A stretch of 54,293 nt of DNA, counting the filler, from Perkinsus olseni (taxonomy: Eukaryota), in NCBI GenBank assembly GCA_013115125.1. It is 2 parts of 2 records of this genome, joined end to end, with 100 filler letters (N's around TTAATTAATTAA, not from the genome) between each part and the next. Parts side by side here need not be neighbours in the genome. Positions count along the whole stretch, not along the records: positions 27,214 to 54,293 come from JABANN010000474.1; 1 more part is not named here. One strand, given 5' to 3'. A program made the position numbers and the translations under genes. Shown piece after piece: positions 47,822 to 54,293 of the stretch (position 1 is its first letter; each line of letters opens with the position of its first letter). The notes beneath the pieces are model-generated. The model ran no database searches. It worked only from the letters and a program-made list of their open reading frames with translations, and was not told the origin of the DNA.

Positions 47822-48483
47822 ATGGCTGCCACGAGCGGTTTTGTTCCCAAGGAGATCATCGCGATACCCCCTGATGGCTTGAAGCCTGCCAAGGTCAAAG
47901 AGTAGGACAGGGTGTTTTCTGCATCGATAGCATCCTTTCAGAAGCGCATTTTGGTGACGGGTGGAGGTGGATTCATCGGCTCCCACATGATAGACTTTTT
48001 GATGCAACTGGGACATGAGGTGATTTGTATGGACAACTTTTTCTGTGGGGACAAGGTGGGTGACTATCTCACCAACCAGGGGTCGGTACTGACCATCTAA
48101 AAAGGGCGCAGAGGTCCGATGCGCTCGAGCAAGCACGTGCCGGTTCCGACGGGCTTCACTCTACTCACTCGAACGCAGCTAGTGCGTCTTCATATCATTA
48201 GGCCAACATCGCTCGATGGCTGGGCAATCCGAGGTTCGAGCTGGTCAGACACGACGTCACTCAAGAGGTTATCTGCCTGCTCACGGTTGGGCCTGGGATA
48301 ATGATTCTCGATGCTAAAGATACTCCTTGAAGTGGACCAGATTTATCACCTGGCCTGCCCGGCATCCCCCGTGCATTATCAGCACAATGCCATCAAGACA
48401 CTCAAGACGAACGTAGGAGGTGCAGTGGGCTTCTGAAAAATACCGTATGCGCCTGATGATGGCGACAGCGGAGCGATGCTGGA

Positions 48484-48529
<46 letters not shown>

Positions 48530-49792
48530 GTCAGGTGATTGGTACGTTGAATATGTGCGGCATCGCCAAGAGGACGGGAGCGCGACTGCTTCTGGCCAGC
48601 ACCAGCGAGGTGATCAGAAAAGTGATGGTGGACGGGTCATGAAGGAAGCCTCAGGTGTACGGTGATCCCGAAGAGCATCCACAGAAGGAGACCTACTTAG
48701 GGAATGTTAACTGCATTGGGACCCGCAGCTGTTATGATGAGGGTAGATGGGGTCAGAGTCGAGTGGAGCTTGATAGGGCACAGCTCGGGTAAAATTCTTG
48801 AAGAAGATGTACCTCAGTAGATTCACGTTGCCTGAACGCTCCTTAGAGAGGTCCTCGAGAACCTTGTTTCGGTCGATTATATGATCATTATCGATATCTG
48901 TGCAATATTAAAGTCCTAATACTTTCACGAAATCTCAAAAATCTGAATCTAATTTTCCGCTAAACTAGATAGTAATTCGTCAGAAATAAATATTAGGATG
49001 CCAAAGTATCCTAATTTTTTGTATGTTCATATTGCGAGAAAGTAATACCCGAGATCAACCATACTGAGATACTCATATGTCTTAACGACTTTGGTACACC
49101 ATGATATTACTACACAGGTAAAAGGGCAGCAGAGGCGCTGTGTATGGACTACCACCGTCAGCACGGCGTCGATGTCCGGATCGCACGGATATTCAACACC
49201 TACGGCCCGCGAATGATGTTCCACGTACGATCAATAGTAGCATCGGGTGTATGGGTAGTTGTTATCAGGACGGCCGTGTGGTGTCCAATTTCCTCGTCCA
49301 AGCTCTGCGTGGCGACAAGATCACAGTGTATGGCGATGGGACGCAGACCAGGAGCTTCTGCTTCGTATCGGATCTTGTACTGGGGCTGTACAGGCTGATG
49401 GAGTGTAGGGCGGCTATCGGGCTACTGTGTCATACTTGAACGAAGTTAGGTGAAACCACGATCGGACCTGTGAATTTGGGTAACCAAAATGAGTTCACCG
49501 TGGGCCAGCTGGCGAACATGGTCAGAGACCTGGCAGCTGTCACTGAGGAAGGGCCAAAGCTGGAGATAGAATATCGCACCTTACCTCAGGACGATCCTCG
49601 AAGGTGTTGAAAAAGTGACTGAGAAGGCTGCGTCCACGTCGTCCTCTCAGACGGCAACCCGACATCACCCAAGCTCAGAAGCACTTGAACGGTTGGGAGG
49701 CTAAGATACCGTTGAAGGAGGGGCTAGAGGTCACCTACAGGGACTTCAAGAAACGAGCTGAGGGAGACGAATCTGTAAAGTTGTGGACGTGA
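47822..49792 (+). CDS. UXS1: UDP-glucuronic acid decarboxylase (UDP-xylose synthase)
   Basis: [90 protein letters not shown]. Confidence 0.96.
48484..48528. repeat. (GAT)15 microsatellite in a UXS1 intron
   Basis: Read directly; ends a few nt before the 3' splice site. Confidence 0.95.
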
Positions 49793-50272
49793 AAATATTA
49801 CCCAGCATGTCCTTAGTGTGTAGGCGTTGTATTGCCTGCATCAGAAGGAAGCTCGAGAACTCTGTGACTGACTTCGTGCTGCTGCTGTTCACTTCCATGC
49901 CGTCCGCGATGCGATTGTAAGGAGAGATTTCGGTGCCTGCTGCTGTTGAGTTTCGTTGGTCAATTGGCGACGGAGGATAAGCGTTCGGATAATAAGAGTG
50001 GTGGAATTTACAACGCTATCAGAAGCAGATTGCAGCCGGTCATGAAATCTTCTCCATCAATGGGGTATTGGAGGCCAACAGAACTCGGGGGAAATTTTCC
50101 GCCGGAAATTTTCCCAAAATTTTTCCGTTTGGCTCTCTGTGTTCATGCTGAGAGCAATGACAGCGTAGGGCGCTATGCTCAGTAGATCACATCTGGCCGC
50201 AGGATCTTCATCATCGACGGATTATTGGATAACCCTTGAACTCGGCGGAATTTTTTCAGAGTTTTTTTTCTA

Positions 50273-51808
50273 ATGTCACGCCTCATTACTCTTCTATTGC
50301 CGGTGCTACTTGAGGGCGTCCCTCCGGAGAAGCCGTTCTTTGCATTCACCATCCACCTGTACTGGACGCCAGAGTACTATCATGCCCTCTTCCAGTCGGG
50401 CGTCAACCATGTTATTTACTGGTCGGGAGCGGACGTAGCTGAGAACGGCTCCCATACGATGCCGCGATTGTGGAAGTCCAAGTTTTACATGGCACGCAGT
50501 ATCGCGGACCAGTACGGCGCTTCGCTCAGCTGGGTTTCCCCGACTCCTGAGCACCTGATGGCTGGGCCGGAGAGCAAGTGGGAGTTGTACGTTAATACAA
50601 CCAGGACCTTATTCGAGACGTACCCGTTCGACGGAATCAATTTTGACTGGGAGTACCCGAAGGACATTAATGATTGTAGAAATTACGGTACGTTGCTGAG
50701 GAAGGTGAAGGAGGGAGTTTACAGGCCCAACGGGAGTGCTTATATTACAATGGAGTGAGTCGAGGGGCATCGTGCTTGCGTGAGGCAATCCTGTCGGAAG
50801 CCTTTCATGCCAAGAAAGGCGACACTGACGATTCGTCAGTGACGAACACTCCCACACGGACGACGCCATTGGAATCCATGGCGTCGTAGGTGAAGGTAAT
50901 TTGCCCTGTAGTTGCGCCACTCGGTTTTCGGTGAAGTTGTCGAGAAGATTCGCATAGTGGCAGCTCAGCCCAGTTTGACGGAGACAGTATCCTGTCTTTC
51001 AGTATCGGGGCCTGGGAGCAACAGTTCGACTGTGCTAAGCGTGGCGGCGTCGTTGATGCTGTGGATATGGTTTTGATGATGACCTATGACAATGTAGAAG
51101 ATCCTGAGGGGCACTCTAGCATAAGATGGACAGAGGATATGGCATACACGTGGAGGGACACAGTAGGGTTGCCATTTGATAAGCTAGCAGTCGGGGTAAG
51201 TTCTTGGAATTACAGCACAGGGACAGCTCGCGATGAAGGTTTTGTGTGACGGGTGTGTCCATAGAACGACGTCACCTAGTTGCCGACGCCCGGGTTGTGT
51301 ACTGCAGTGTGGTTCCATTGCGGCTATGAGGGCGAAAAACTATTTCCCGACTCCTCGTCTTCTAGCAGCACTGTAGGAGTCTCACTGTAGGAGTCGAGTA
51401 TTGTGCCATCCCGCCGTCTAGTACGCTTTGTGGGGTACCACCTGGTGACACTGTCAGATACCATTATACGGCCAAACCCGAGACCGGCAGCAAGTTGGCT
51501 ATCAGTCGCTGGTCGAGCAGGGGGCCGACACGGCTGGCGATGGCTACTTCAATGGCTTCTTCTTCAACACTCCGGCCGTTATTCGACATAAAACTGAGTT
51601 TATATACAACAATTGCATCGCTGGGATCATGATCTACGCTCTTGAGCATGATTTCTTTCCTTCTGAAAAGCAGTCCCTCATGCAAGTCTTTAATGCAACG
51701 ATCAACGAGGCAGTACTGCCTGAAGTGTGCCCATCCGTAGCAGAGGGACGAGTTTTGAATTCGGTCCTTGCCATGTTTCTCGCAGGAGTTATGATTGTTA
51801 CGGTATGA
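50273..51808 (+). CDS. Glycoside hydrolase family 18 (chitinase-like), signal peptide and probable GPI anchor
   Basis: Signal MSRLITLLLPVLLEG; FDGINFDWEYP; VDMVLMMTYD; DKLAVG; GIMIYALEHD; hydrophobic C-terminus VLAMFLAGVMIVTV*. Confidence 0.88.
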
Positions 51809-53747
51809 CTGGTTCTTGGTAGAAGGGCACCGGAGTCGAGCTGCTGTGACTTCAGTGATTTTAAGCCCTAGTTGAAACAACGAAGCTTTTCGTATTCTAC
51901 TACTTGGTAATTAAGTGGCATTTCTGTAAAAACCGCGGCTGGTCGTCTACGAGTTGCGGTTGAGTTGGTATCACTCATACCGCATGATATACACATGCCA
52001 TGATTTCATGCTATTGATTGATCTGCACTAATTTTTGTCTTGTGTTGGAGTAGTGAGCAATGAAACGACGATGCTGGCGACTGTTAGAAGGAAGCTGCTA
52101 GCGGGGTACTGCTCTTAGACTGTCTACCGCGCCGTTGCTGCCGGCGGTGAACAAAGGCAACTAATGCGCATATACTGCAGCGGGCTCCCGTACCATGGAA
52201 GCCATCTAACACGGGTCTGTTCAGTGCGACTCTATCATATTATTTAAGAATACCTGTCAACCGATCCTCTCGTGTCGAGCGCTCTTACGACAAGTCTTGT
52301 CTGGTACGACTTGTCGCCGCCTTAGGGTATCCCTTAGCCGCCTGCCGGCTGCGCCCACGATAGGTGTTGCCATTAGTCGACTACCGCTAGTCGACTGCAC
52401 CTGGTACACCGGAGTGGACGCCCTCTTGAACTCTAGAGAAAAGGAGGGAGGTGACATCTCAGCACTTGCTTGATGGCTTGACTCCCACAGAGTAGAGAAG
52501 GATGATATTACAGAAACTGTTGTTACGATTCACACAATTGGGACACAATACTGTAGGATCATTTTCGCACACCTTAAACTCGAGTGACTCGCCTAGAAGC
52601 CAGGAACTTGCCTGAAGCCTTAAAGGTGCTTCTTAGGCTTTTAAAGCATCCTCAATTGCGGTGTAAAGAACAGCACCTGTCACAAAGCATCAGGGCGTGA
52701 TGTGTCCATGTGGGATTGGCGCCGGGTTCCACCTCAGGAACGCAGCTCTCCCAAGATGCTCTCAGAAGATACCGTCAAGCCACAAGATCAATAACTGAAT
52801 ACTAAGATGATTACGGAGCCTACTTCGATTCAGATATTGGATCTACGAATGGAAAATGGTTCATGGCTCGTCCTGAGCAAAGCACGTGTGCCCGCTTTCA
52901 CACGCAATCTCATTATGCGCAAGAAGATGGACAGGGGGACAGGTGGCACAAAGCCCACTGTCGGCCACCCAACGAACCACACACCTTGCCGGGAGGGGCT
53001 CTCCATCGGAGCCTAATCTGCTTCTCGTGATTATGAGGCGACCGCCTGGATTGCACGCATGGACATAGCGGACTGAGCTGGTTCCGTAGCCGACGACGCT
53101 CTCGGCTTGGCAGTGGGAGGACCCGGTTATGAGCCAGGGGACACCGCGCATGGTGTAAGACCGCGAGAAAGATATCATGTGACGTGCCACGCGTCTTCAA
53201 CTCTCTCGTGACGCGTGCTTCTTGTCCGAACTCAACGAGCGTTCGAGGGTCCTCGCAAGAATGAACATACTCGACCGTCCTCCCCTCGCGAATCAATTCC
53301 ACGACTTCCGGGTCCTCGAGTCCGGTGGCGGGTAGAACAGCTTCTGATTCTCATGGGGACGCTGGAGACCGGCACGCACCGGCACGCGTGGACATAGCTC
53401 GACTCAGCTCTACAGTACAGTGACCATGATCATCACTGTTTATTAACAACCCGTATCTGGTATCATTCTCCCTCTTGTGCTCGCGTACATGAACATACGT
53501 CACCTCGTTCTCGAGAGGACCGCGAGTCGGCGTGCTGCCGCTATTTTCACTTGGAAAAATCAGTTCAACGGTCCGGATCTGAGTTTTTCCTCTCCCGACT
53601 AGTACGGGTGTAAATTGGCCCTTCTCTTCGGACTTCGACGCAGCGAAGCTCAACTATGACGGGGTTACTCCCAACAAAGTGCACTCGAGTCTGCTTCCAG
53701 TGTCAGAGTTCCGTGCTTGGAAGTTTTTATTCGAAGCCTCACAGAAA

Positions 53748-54223
53748 ATGAGCTTCGTCCAAGCTTCGTTGGTGGCCGCGCAAATCTTCGTCTTCGGGCC
53801 TCTCAATATGTTGGCAGGTTCTTCGCCTCCGTAGGAGCTACCAAGGTGTACATGGACGTGTACGAGTCCGAGTCTGTTGTTTTCATGCTCGAAGGGCATG
53901 ACCTGCCAATGTACGTCAGCGGCCGTTTTCCACTGAAGGGCGACGGCTCCTCTTACTTTCTTGATATCGATGGTGCTGAGCTCCAGGAGTTGTATGGGAA
54001 CTTCACAAAATTCCAGATAGAGGTACAAGACAAGGACCTCACCACTTTCAGCTTCAACGGTGTAGACGCTGTCTCTACTTCTCTTCAAGGGGAGAAGGTC
54101 GAGCTCGAGAGGGTTGCTTTCGGATTGATGACGGGAACGTTTCTTTATACCGAAGGTGACGACGATTCACTTATGCTGAGGTTCAAGATAGATTCAGACG
54201 GAGAACTGGAAGCGGCTGTTTGA
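53748..54223 (+). pseudogene. Frameshifted gene (or sequencing error) of a lineage-specific secreted beta-rich protein
   Basis: ATG 53748 gives signal-like MSFVQASLVAAQIFVFG. The mature-like ASQYVGRFF..VYMDV..SGRFPL..TTFSF sits in another frame with no upstream in-frame ATG; one extra G at ~53797 would join them. Confidence 0.55.
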
Positions 54224-54293
54224 CGAACTACACGAAGCCCGCGCAGTGTAGAGTGGTGCAAATACAGAGACGAAGCAAGCGCTCGCCTGCGGC

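Noticed and set aside
52861..53653. Minus-strand ORF fragments near the window end
   Set aside because: No recognisable domain or consistent splice model; possibly decayed gene fragments but unsupported.

Overview
Eukaryotic, gene-dense genomic DNA with many short (~40-60 nt) GT-AG introns. Intron style, the retroelement type, a putative plastid-leader Cpn60 and lineage-specific secreted proteins suggest an alveolate, most likely Perkinsus (inference). A 100-bp artificial spacer (N44-TTAATTAATTAA-N44, 27114-27213) joins two contigs, so linkage across it is unproven. Left part: minus-strand DnaJ and large HEAT-like/hypothetical genes; plus-strand coiled-coil/TM gene; a divergent INTS3-like gene; four tandem intronless 2-TM RING-H2 genes with an atypical RING; scrambled LTR-retrotransposon remnants. 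Right part: partial kinase, Cpn60 with a bipartite leader, intronless acylated RCC1 protein, SAM-type mitochondrial carrier, DAP3/mS29, two paralogous secreted proteins, two intronless multi-PAM2 proteins plus an inverted PAM2 relic, a gene with an antisense intronic tRNA-Glu, UDP-glucuronate decarboxylase, a probably GPI-anchored GH18 and a frameshifted secreted-protein gene. There is no CRISPR or prokaryote-style system. The best candidates for undescribed biology are the Trp-less RING-H2 array and the PAM2 cluster. All gene models were spliced by eye and boundaries are approximate.
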